A stretch of DNA of 64,000 nucleotides from an uncultured bacterium (GTDB lineage Bacteria > Oederibacteriota > Oederibacteriia > Oederibacteriales > Oederibacteriaceae), in contig OZ218778.1 in the NCBI GenBank assembly GCA_965112635.1, positions 896,001 to 960,000 on the forward strand, read 5' to 3'. The notes under the pieces were generated by a model. It saw only the letters and a program-made list of their open reading frames with translations, did not search any database and had not been told where the DNA came from. Positions 1 to 7,987 of the stretch are shown piece after piece. The position numbers and the translations under genes are program-made. Every line of letters starts with the position of its first letter. Position 1 is the stretch's first letter.

Positions 1-399
1 GCCCATACCAGCGGAGACGCAGTTGTATTTTTTCCAAAAGAAAGAGTTGTATTCGCCGGAGACTTAATTACATTTGGTCGCGATCCGTTGATCCATATCA
101 CGAAGCATGGCTCATCATTTGGTCTGGTTAAAAATTTAAAATCAATGCTGGAGATTGACGCGGATATTTTTATCCCCGGGCACAATGACCCCTGCGGTAA
201 AAAAGAAATACAGGGGCTGATCGAAACCGTGGCAGAGAGGCAAGCCAAAGTCAGAGAGCTGGTCCAGCAGGGGAAAAGCCTGGAACAGGTCAAAGAGATT
301 CTAAAAGCCGCGGACAGGATACTGCCCAGCGGAAGACGGTTCCCGTGTTTGGAGGAAGCCATGTACCTGGATATTACCGAGAAAGCTGAAAAGGTTTGA
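1..399 (+). CDS. MBL-fold metallo-hydrolase, 5'-truncated by the window edge
   Basis: Frame 1 is open from base 1: AHTSGDAVVFFPKERVVFAGDL...IFIPGH. This carries the HT.GD, F.GD and PGH motifs of the metallo-beta-lactamase fold. Confidence 0.85.
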   Translation, partial: AHTSGDAVVFFPKERVVFAGDLITFGRDPLIHITKHGSSFGLVKNLKSMLEIDADIFIPGHNDPCGKKEIQGLIETVAERQAKVRELVQQGKSLEQVKEILKAADRILPSGRRFPCLEEAMYLDITEKAEKV

Positions 400-489
400 C
401 AGAGAAAGGGAGAAAGAGCAGAATTATTATATTGTTATCTTGATCCTGATTTCGTTATAAAGTTTTGGAAAAAAATATAGGGAGGGTTT

Positions 490-1515
490 ATGATAAAAAA
501 TCGTTATGGTTTGGGGGGGCTGGCTTTTTTGCTCCTAACCTTTGTTCTGCCCCTGTGGGTCTGCAGCCAGGGCATGTCAGGGGAAAACAGTTCCAAAACC
601 ACCAAATCCTTTGCCAATAACATGCCCCAGGAGATCACATATTTTTCCGGTGACAAACATCTGGGTGTAGAAACCCTGGACGAAGAGGGGAATGTGGTCC
701 ACGTGGAGGGGAATATCCCCGACGGGACTTATAAAGAAAATTACGCGGACGGGAAGGTAAGGACCGAACGGACCTATAAGGACAACAAGAGGAACGGAAC
801 GGTAAAGCACTACGATCAGGCAGGCACCAAAGTATATGAAGCGGACTTCCAGGACGGCGTCCTGGTCAAAGCGAGAGAATATTACCAGAACGGCAAATTA
901 AAAGAAGAGAGCTCGTTTAAGAACGGCAAATTGGAAGGCCCTCGGAAACGGTATTACCTGAGCGGAGAGCTCAAGGCCGAGTGGGCCTACAAGGACGACC
1001 AGCCCGTGGGAACGAGCAACCGCTATTATAAGAACGGTAAAGTCAGAGAAGAGTATGCCTACGCGGATGGCAAGGTACAGGGGCAGCCCAAGAAATATTT
1101 TGAGAGCGGGAAGCTGAAGCATTCGGTTACTTACAAGAATGGAGAGGCTGACGGGCCGGCCATCGGGTACTATGAGAGCGGAAAAATTCGCGAAGAGTTC
1201 ACCTGGAAGGAAGGTCTTTTGGAGGGACCCGCGAAGCGTTATTTTGATAACGGTCAGGTTCAGGAACAGGTCACTTACAAGGACGGCGCACCCAATGGTC
1301 TGGCCGAGTTCTTTTATAAGGACGGCAAGAAAAAATCCACCCTTACCTACAAGGATGGGGTCAAAGACGGCCCCGCTGATCTTTACGCGGAAGACGGGAG
1401 TCTGGTGGGTGAGTTCGACTTTAAGGACGGCAAGCTGGCCGAGGTCCTCAAAAAAGGACCTTCGTTCAGCCAGTTTTCAGAAGAGGACCTGTCTGGAGAG
1501 CGAGGTGGGTTATGA
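490..1515 (+). CDS. Exported MORN-variant repeat protein (YwqK-like family)
   Basis: Hydrophobic N-terminus, then about 10 repeats of ~24 aa (YY.NGK.KEE..YKDG...G). SD GGAGG upstream. Confidence 0.85.
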   Translation: MIKNRYGLGGLAFLLLTFVLPLWVCSQGMSGENSSKTTKSFANNMPQEITYFSGDKHLGVETLDEEGNVVHVEGNIPDGTYKENYADGKVRTERTYKDNKRNGTVKHYDQAGTKVYEADFQDGVLVKAREYYQNGKLKEESSFKNGKLEGPRKRYYLSGELKAEWAYKDDQPVGTSNRYYKNGKVREEYAYADGKVQGQPKKYFESGKLKHSVTYKNGEADGPAIGYYESGKIREEFTWKEGLLEGPAKRYFDNGQVQEQVTYKDGAPNGLAEFFYKDGKKKSTLTYKDGVKDGPADLYAEDGSLVGEFDFKDGKLAEVLKKGPSFSQFSEEDLSGERGGL

Positions 1516-2930
1516 TTAAAAAAACCTTACTTTTGATCATTCTCATGGGACTGGGCAATCCCGGTTTGAGCCTGGCACAGGACAATAGCACGCTAGATCA
1601 GGAAAAATCCCTACCTGAGCTCATTCAGGAGTTCCGCGATATTCAGGATAACCAAGGCTCGGAAGAGGAAGATTTCTCCAACCAGCTTATGAACATCACT
1701 CCCCAGACCGATGAAGACAAAGAGGCGGTCAGAGACCTGCTGAACGACAACGATTACATCCACATCAAGACCGCCTTGCGCATGCTAGGCAATGCCAAAG
1801 ACACGGAATCCGAGACTGAGATCATCGACTTGCTGGGAGATTCCCAGGCGGCCGGCGACGCCCTGGCGGCCCTGGTGGCCATCGAGGACGGCCATGCCGT
1901 GGACATCGTGCTCCAGGATTTTCCTGGTGATAAAGGCGGAGCCCAATTGGCCGCCCAGATAGGGGCAGCGGGACTGGACCGGCTGGCCGAACTGGCCGGA
2001 CAAAGCAATGGCGACGCACTGGCCGCCATCGCCATGATGAAAGATCAGGCAGCTGTACCCCAACTCCAAGGACTGCTGGGGGACACCAACCCGGATGTCC
2101 GCTTAGCCGCCAGTAAGGCCCTGGCAGCTATGAATATCCCCGAAAACAAGGTCGTTTTCCAAGATCAGTTGCGCGATGCAGACCCGGAAGTACGCTGCAC
2201 TGCATTGGAATATCTGTTGCAAGTAGACGAGCCCACCTATTACCCGGTAGCCATACGCTGGTTTGACCATTGCGACGATTACAGTTACTGGGGCTGGCCG
2301 GAGGACGTTTGGAGAGTACGCTACCTGGAACTCGAGCCGTTTTTTACCAGGTGGATATGGTATGTCCGGCATGACCACCGGTTCGACCGTCATTGGTTTG
2401 ACGCCAGATGGGACAGGTTCCACCGTGCAGGATTTTTCGTGAAATATTCCTTTGACCAGGTCTTTACCAGGCAGGTCATCCATGCTTCCTGGGAGTCCAG
2501 GCCCGCCCGATGGCAGCCAGGGCTGGCCCAGCCAAACCATGTGACCATCAGGAATACCAGGGTTACGATCAAGTCGCCGGGCGCTCAGCGGGCCATCCTG
2601 CCGTCCCTGCGCAAGAACAACAACTGGAGCATCCGTGTTACTGTAAACAATAGAACAGTACCGCAACGCCAGAAACCAAACCCGGCTCCCAGTGTCCATA
2701 ACTGGACGGTCAAGAGCACCAACCCGGTCAGGGTCGCGGTGCCCCGGATTACAACCCAGAACAGGAAATTAAGTCTGCCAGCCGTGCATCCAAGTGTAGA
2801 AAGGGCTCCGGCTCCTTATGCCCGGCCCGCGAGAAATCAGGGATTTACTGCCAACACTAATAATAACGGACTCAATAAGGACGACGGCAATAACACGGAC
2901 AGACCCAGATTTAAAAATGGAGGAAGATAG
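1512..2930 (+). CDS. Exported HEAT/PBS-lyase repeat protein with low-complexity C-terminal tail
   Basis: Signal peptide (MIKKTLLLIILMG...SLA). HEAT-like motifs LLGDTNPDVRLAASKALA and LRDADPEVRCTALEYL. ATGA overlap with the upstream gene. Confidence 0.75.
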   Translation: MIKKTLLLIILMGLGNPGLSLAQDNSTLDQEKSLPELIQEFRDIQDNQGSEEEDFSNQLMNITPQTDEDKEAVRDLLNDNDYIHIKTALRMLGNAKDTESETEIIDLLGDSQAAGDALAALVAIEDGHAVDIVLQDFPGDKGGAQLAAQIGAAGLDRLAELAGQSNGDALAAIAMMKDQAAVPQLQGLLGDTNPDVRLAASKALAAMNIPENKVVFQDQLRDADPEVRCTALEYLLQVDEPTYYPVAIRWFDHCDDYSYWGWPEDVWRVRYLELEPFFTRWIWYVRHDHRFDRHWFDARWDRFHRAGFFVKYSFDQVFTRQVIHASWESRPARWQPGLAQPNHVTIRNTRVTIKSPGAQRAILPSLRKNNNWSIRVTVNNRTVPQRQKPNPAPSVHNWTVKSTNPVRVAVPRITTQNRKLSLPAVHPSVERAPAPYARPARNQGFTANTNNNGLNKDDGNNTDRPRFKNGGR

Positions 2931-2957
2931 GGCCCTAAAAATCCCAATCTTTTGAAC

Positions 2958-2996
2958 AAAAAGCGGCACTATTTATACACTAGTGCCGATTTTTTT
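2958..2996. terminator. Likely bidirectional intrinsic terminator
   Basis: Stem CGGCACTA (2964-2971) / TAGTGCCG (2981-2988), with an A run before and a T run after, between convergent genes. Confidence 0.7.
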
Positions 2997-3040
2997 ATAG
3001 GTGAGGATTGCGCGTGGCATTAAAATTATTTTCTGTCACC

Positions 3041-5185
3041 CTAATGTTTTAGCCTGAGGAAGGCACGGTCAGGCAGTCCCGCCAGGTCGTAAAGCTGCAT
3101 GCCTCTGCCCCTGCGGCCGTTTCGAAATCCGTTCGGCTGGTCCGGAGGAATTGCTGGGGCCTCTTTGAGCAGAGCCGCGATCCTGGCATTTTCTTCGGCT
3201 GACCGCCATAATTTCGGATCAACCGGTTTGCCGTATTTCCGAACCCAGTTGGCGATATCCGCGCTGGAACCATTTGGTATTCCCGTCCAACCCCAGTTGT
3301 TTTGGATATTTTGGGAAGGCTGGGGAGCATTTTGATTTTCCGGCCTGTTGTTGCGGTCAACACCGGCAAGCAAGATATAGCGGAACTGCTTGGTTTTGAC
3401 CATTTGAAGGAATTGTTCCAGGGTGACCACAGGGTCCCTCCCCATAAAACCACCTAGGGAGACGGCAGGTTCGCCAGTTTTTATGATTATGGGGGCGACT
3501 GTTTGGGCGTTTTGGGCCACCAGAAGCAGTTTTTCTCCATGGCGGTGGGACTGCAAGAATTTTAGAAGTTTTTCGTTATTCATATCCATGTTGCCAAAAA
3601 ACCCCAAACCCGGTGCATTATTTTGCGCTTGGTCTTGGTAGAGTTGGTCGGGGTTAGCATCCGCCGAAGCATGCTGGGCCATCAGTGGGACCAAGGACCA
3701 ACTCACCGGGCAAAGAAATAAAATGGCTAGTCCCACAGAAAAGGCTGCGGATAGAGAGCCTTCAGAACCTCGGTGTTTGACCAGCCATATTATACTGGCC
3801 ACAGAAATAGCAGTTCCCATGATCAGGGTGGGGAGCATCCACTTTGCCCATGATGGATATTGGATCAGAGTGTAAGCTTGCCACGTGGCAGCCAGCAAAA
3901 GGCTTAGCGGCATTAAACGCCATTTCCCCTGCTTAAAAGCGAGCCAGATGGCCCGAGTCCCAATACCTGCGAGAGCGGACAGCGGGGGTGCGAGCATGAC
4001 CAGATAATAGGTATGCACGCCGCCATTCATGAAAGTGAACACAAGTGCATAAGAGAGGAACCACCCAAGCCATAACCAGAGGGATTGATTCATGAGGGAT
4101 AGTGGCCAGCTCCAGCCGGATTGCTGCAGAGCCACTAGGAATCCCACCAGGGCAAGGGGTAAGAACCATAATATTTGGCCAGACATTTGTTTGTCAGCCA
4201 GCCTGAAAAGGCCTGGTCTAGCACCCATAAATCCATTTCGCCTATTGAAATTGCGGTTGGCAGGGTTTCTGGGGGGTGTTGCAGTGGTGACCGGTGTTGG
4301 GGCAACGGAGGCTGTGCCTTCTAGCTCCCTTCCCATTGGATTACGGCGCCGGGACAAAATCCTTTGAAGGCCGTTCCAACCCAAGGATAGGCTGATCACA
4401 GAATTATCCTGAGTGCTTCCCACGAACGGGCGTCCATCGGGAGGGGTCAGGTCCACGAATAAAGGCCAGGATAGGGCAACTGTGGCTAAGATCACGGAGG
4501 CAAGGATCAAGTGCAACAACCTTTTTCTCCAAGAACCCGAGGCGCCTGAAAAATATAATAAATAGAAAGCTGGAAGCACGATGAACGCAACCACCATCTT
4601 GGTATTGAATCCTATGCCTACGAGCACCATCGACAGTAACAACAAACTTAGCTTGGATTTTTCCGTAGCCAGAAGGATTGCCCAGGTTGCCAGTAATAAT
4701 ATGGTCACAAGACAGGTGTCCACATTATTGAAACGGTCGAGAGCCACGCAAATCGGCCCCACAGCCATTGTCAGGGCGGCTAGAAGGGCCGCCCAAGCGT
4801 CGAAGCGACGCCGGACCAGATAATAAACCAGGACCACGGAAAGCAATCCTTCCAAAACCTGGGGAAACAGCACGCTGAAGATGCTAAACCCAAGTATTTT
4901 CACGCTGGCTACCTGCGCCCATAATGCCACAGGAGGTTTATCTACAGTCACGTATCCCGCAGGGTCAAAAGAAGCAAAAATGAAATTATGCCAGCTTTGA
5001 GACATGCTACGCGCCGCTGCGGTGTAATAGGTGTTGCCAAAGCTATTTTGACCGAGTTTCCACAACCGCAGGACTGTTGCGCCAAGAACGATCATGGCCA
5101 AAACAAATCCCTCCCCAAGAGTGTAGGGGGAAGAGGGTACTATAGGGGCTTTTGGGGATATGGCAGAGTTATTTTGGGTCATCAA
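3041..5185 (-). CDS. Membrane glycosyltransferase, GT39/ArnT-PMT family (YkcB-like)
   Basis: N.YY.AA.RSM.QSWHNF.FASFDPAG.VTVDKPP, GFNTKM, RPFVGS...NS and LGGF.G.DP motifs, with many TM segments. Confidence 0.85.
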   Translation of the reverse strand: MMTQNNSAISPKAPIVPSSPYTLGEGFVLAMIVLGATVLRLWKLGQNSFGNTYYTAAARSMSQSWHNFIFASFDPAGYVTVDKPPVALWAQVASVKILGFSIFSVLFPQVLEGLLSVVLVYYLVRRRFDAWAALLAALTMAVGPICVALDRFNNVDTCLVTILLLATWAILLATEKSKLSLLLLSMVLVGIGFNTKMVVAFIVLPAFYLLYFSGASGSWRKRLLHLILASVILATVALSWPLFVDLTPPDGRPFVGSTQDNSVISLSLGWNGLQRILSRRRNPMGRELEGTASVAPTPVTTATPPRNPANRNFNRRNGFMGARPGLFRLADKQMSGQILWFLPLALVGFLVALQQSGWSWPLSLMNQSLWLWLGWFLSYALVFTFMNGGVHTYYLVMLAPPLSALAGIGTRAIWLAFKQGKWRLMPLSLLLAATWQAYTLIQYPSWAKWMLPTLIMGTAISVASIIWLVKHRGSEGSLSAAFSVGLAILFLCPVSWSLVPLMAQHASADANPDQLYQDQAQNNAPGLGFFGNMDMNNEKLLKFLQSHRHGEKLLLVAQNAQTVAPIIIKTGEPAVSLGGFMGRDPVVTLEQFLQMVKTKQFRYILLAGVDRNNRPENQNAPQPSQNIQNNWGWTGIPNGSSADIANWVRKYGKPVDPKLWRSAEENARIAALLKEAPAIPPDQPNGFRNGRRGRGMQLYDLAGLPDRAFLRLKH

Positions 5186-5241
5186 ATCGCATCTCCTTAA
5201 AAATCGTTGCCTTGATTCTCTCCCTGTCCAGTGACCAGCCC

Positions 5242-6087
5242 TTATTCCAAATTACTGTTATTGGGCTGGACCCCTTGATTGATGAGGGGAGGTACATGGG
5301 GGGTAACATTGCGGGGATGGTAGCGATGATAATTATTTGGTAATACTCTCATGGCTGGTTTTGTTGGAGTATCAGGGGTATTGACGAGATTAAAATAAAT
5401 GGACAAACCGCATTTTGTGATCATCCCGCTAAAATCCGCTGAGGCGACAGAGCCTTGGCTCGTCTGCAAATTGCCAGTATTCCAACCAGACAGGGTCACG
5501 GGGTTTAATCTGACCGAGCGATAGCCGACATCCATTCCTATAGAAAAGTTGGGTGCGTAGAAATATTCTACGCCCACTGTATAAATCAAACCAAGGCCTG
5601 AGGCGTTATAACTTGTCCCAGAATAAAAAGGGGAAGGAACATTACTGGTGTCATGGCCGTTCAGTATTTCATAGGCTACGGCTACATCCGACCGCAAACT
5701 CAAGCTGGGCAAAACATTTGGCCAAATATAACCTCCTTTTACAGCCAGTTCATATAAAGGAAGGACCAGGTTGTAACTGTAACCATAAGAGTCTGTGTTG
5801 ACGCTGGATGCATAAATATAATCAAAAGATATTCCACCTTCGATATTGGGGCTAAATCCATACATCAGAGAACCCCCGGATCCCATTCCACTGTTAATCG
5901 GAGCTAGGCTATTGCTACTCAAAGGTGAGATGGTGTTGTTGTTCAAACAATCATTGATGTCACCCATTGTTTCACTTGCAAAATCAATATTACCGCTGAC
6001 ACCCAATTTGCCTTCCCGTCCTTCAGCAAAGGCATCTATGGTTATCAAAATAAAAAGGAGAAAAAAGGTTAACTTTTTCACATTCAA
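5242..6087 (-). CDS. Hypothetical exported protein, probable outer-membrane beta-barrel
   Basis: Signal peptide ending AFA. Alternating Gly/aromatic strands (VGVEYFYAPNFSIGMDVGYR). AT-richer than its neighbours. Confidence 0.6.
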   Translation of the reverse strand: MNVKKLTFFLLFILITIDAFAEGREGKLGVSGNIDFASETMGDINDCLNNNTISPLSSNSLAPINSGMGSGGSLMYGFSPNIEGGISFDYIYASSVNTDSYGYSYNLVLPLYELAVKGGYIWPNVLPSLSLRSDVAVAYEILNGHDTSNVPSPFYSGTSYNASGLGLIYTVGVEYFYAPNFSIGMDVGYRSVRLNPVTLSGWNTGNLQTSQGSVASADFSGMITKCGLSIYFNLVNTPDTPTKPAMRVLPNNYHRYHPRNVTPHVPPLINQGVQPNNSNLE

Positions 6088-6255
6088 ATTCCTTCTTCAG
6101 AGATGTAAAAACATTTTATGCTAATATAATACTTTAGAATTATCAATTTTGTACCAATTTGTAACTATTTGTATAATGATTTTTTTCTGGAGCCCTGTCT
6201 GTGATGATTTATGGTGTTATGATAGTATTAAATATGTTGTTAGAAGTGATTTAGA

Positions 6256-6443
6256 GGAATCAGAGGTTAAGGGCCATCGGGCCGCTTAACCAGCCGGGAG
6301 CGAGGTTTAAAAGCTCAAGCGTCCCTTGGAGGGCGTCCGGTGCCGGTTCAATTCCGGTGCAGGCAGTTCCTTGATAAGTGAGAACTTAAAAAGAAAAACT
6401 GTCAGTTCCTGCCTGTTTTCCTCTCCTAGAAAGGTGTCTGAGT
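6256..6443 (+). ncRNA. Candidate structured cis-regulatory RNA (riboswitch-like leader), class unassigned
   Basis: GC-rich island of nested stems in an AT-rich intergenic region, including a T-loop hairpin GCCGG-TTCAATT-CCGGT and an alternative downstream helix followed by a pyrimidine tract. See findings. Confidence 0.5.
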
Positions 6444-6953
6444 ATGGCCATATCCAAGAAAGTTTCCCCGGTAAAAAAACTTATCCGTAAATTGACAAAT
6501 TTCAGTTTTGGCGGCACCTCGGCCATTATCACCAACATCAGCCTTATCATTGGTTTGGGCACCTCGGATGTGTCCAAATCGGGCATTATTGGCGGCTTGC
6601 TGGTCATTGCCCTGGCTGACAATATTTCCGACTCCCTGGGCATCCATATTTATAAAGAATCGGAAAGCAACAAAATCAGAGAAACCTTGATATCAACCCT
6701 GAGCAATTTTTTTACGCGACTCCTTGTTTCCTTCACCTTTATTGGTGTCGTTCTCATGTTTTCGACAGGACAAGCGCAGATCATTGCGGCAGTTTGGGGT
6801 CTGTTCTTGATCGGAGTCATCAGCTATTTCATCTGCCGCAAAAACCAGAGCGATCCTACCGTTGAAATCGCCACGCATATCGCCATCGCCATCCTGGTCA
6901 TCATAGCCAGCAAGTATATGGGTTATTTGATCCATGAACATCTGACGAAGTAA
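6444..6953 (+). CDS. Small VIT1/CCC1-like membrane protein (putative Fe/Mn transporter family)
   Basis: About 5 TM segments. FSFGGTSAIIT and LVIALADNISDSLGIHIYKESE resemble VIT-family TM1/TM2 motifs. SD GAAAGG. Confidence 0.65.
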   Translation: MAISKKVSPVKKLIRKLTNFSFGGTSAIITNISLIIGLGTSDVSKSGIIGGLLVIALADNISDSLGIHIYKESESNKIRETLISTLSNFFTRLLVSFTFIGVVLMFSTGQAQIIAAVWGLFLIGVISYFICRKNQSDPTVEIATHIAIAILVIIASKYMGYLIHEHLTK

Positions 6954-6979
6954 TAGCTGCAAGGCCGGAGAATAGGGAT

Positions 6980-7852
6980 ATGTACCTGGGAGCGCATGTT
7001 TCTGCGGCGGGGAAATTATGTCATGCCTCAGAAAAGGCCAGAGCTTTGGGCTGCAATTGCATGCAGATATTCGTGGGCAGTCCGATGATGTGGCAAAAAC
7101 CCCATTATTCCATCCAGGAGACAGAGCTCTTTAAATCCAAGAACAAAGAATACGGGATAGGCCCTGTATTCATCCACGCCCTTTACCTGGTCAATCTAGC
7201 TTCTTCCAATAATACTTTATGGAAGAGGTCCATAGCTTTTATCGTCCATAGTATGGAGATGGGTGGAAGGATGGGCGCTCGAGGAGTGATCGTTCATCCG
7301 GGAAGCTTTGGGGAAACCAGCCGGGAGCAGGGAATCCGGCGCATCATTTTGGCCGTCCGATCCATATTCATGATGACCAAAGTAGAAATACCTCTCCTGC
7401 TGGAAACAACAGCCGGGATGGGCAACAGTTTAGCGTCGAGCTTGGAGGACTTGCAGGAGATCTATCAAAGACTGAATAAACCCAAGCGATTAAAAATTTG
7501 CCTTGATACCGCCCATCTTTTTGAAGCCGGTTATGATCTCAGTTCCAAAGAAGGGGCCAACAGAACACTCCACGACCTTAGAAAGACCGGGTTGGGCAGG
7601 TTGGCGCTTGCTATCCACGTCAATGATTCCAAAACACCTTGCGGGTCCAAAGTGGATCGTCATGAAAATATCGGCCAGGGACAGATAGGATTGGGCGGTA
7701 TAAAATATTTCCTCCAAAACAAGATGTTCAAGGATGCCTCCCTTATTCTGGAAACGCCAGGCTTTGACCAGAAAGGTCCTGACCTAAAAAACATGGCCAT
7801 CTTGAGAAAACTTTTGAAGAAGAACTTTCCCGCCCATACAGGGAAACTGTAG
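6980..7852 (+). CDS. nfo: Endonuclease IV (AP endonuclease)
   Basis: GAHVS, HALYLVNLAS, HPGS, LLETTAG, CLDTAH, HVNDSK, DRHENIG and LETP motifs. Confidence 0.95.
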   Translation: MYLGAHVSAAGKLCHASEKARALGCNCMQIFVGSPMMWQKPHYSIQETELFKSKNKEYGIGPVFIHALYLVNLASSNNTLWKRSIAFIVHSMEMGGRMGARGVIVHPGSFGETSREQGIRRIILAVRSIFMMTKVEIPLLLETTAGMGNSLASSLEDLQEIYQRLNKPKRLKICLDTAHLFEAGYDLSSKEGANRTLHDLRKTGLGRLALAIHVNDSKTPCGSKVDRHENIGQGQIGLGGIKYFLQNKMFKDASLILETPGFDQKGPDLKNMAILRKLLKKNFPAHTGKL

Positions 7853-7987
7853 GGGATAGCTTTTTCCCTTGATACTGCTCGCCATTTCTTTGATGCTGGT
7901 GTTAATTTTCGTTATCGATATCTTCGCTTTAAAAAGCCATTTTTGTCCTAGTTTTTCCTATATAATTATCTAAAAGGACCCAAAAAT

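Noticed and set aside
6298-6366. tRNA-Leu(TAA): TTTAAAA loop, long variable-arm-like hairpin and GGTTCAATTCC T-arm
   Set aside because: There is no upstream acceptor strand complementary to GCAGGC, no D-arm with GG, a mismatched anticodon stem and no CCA. Kept only as an unassigned structured RNA; a decayed tRNA cannot be fully excluded.
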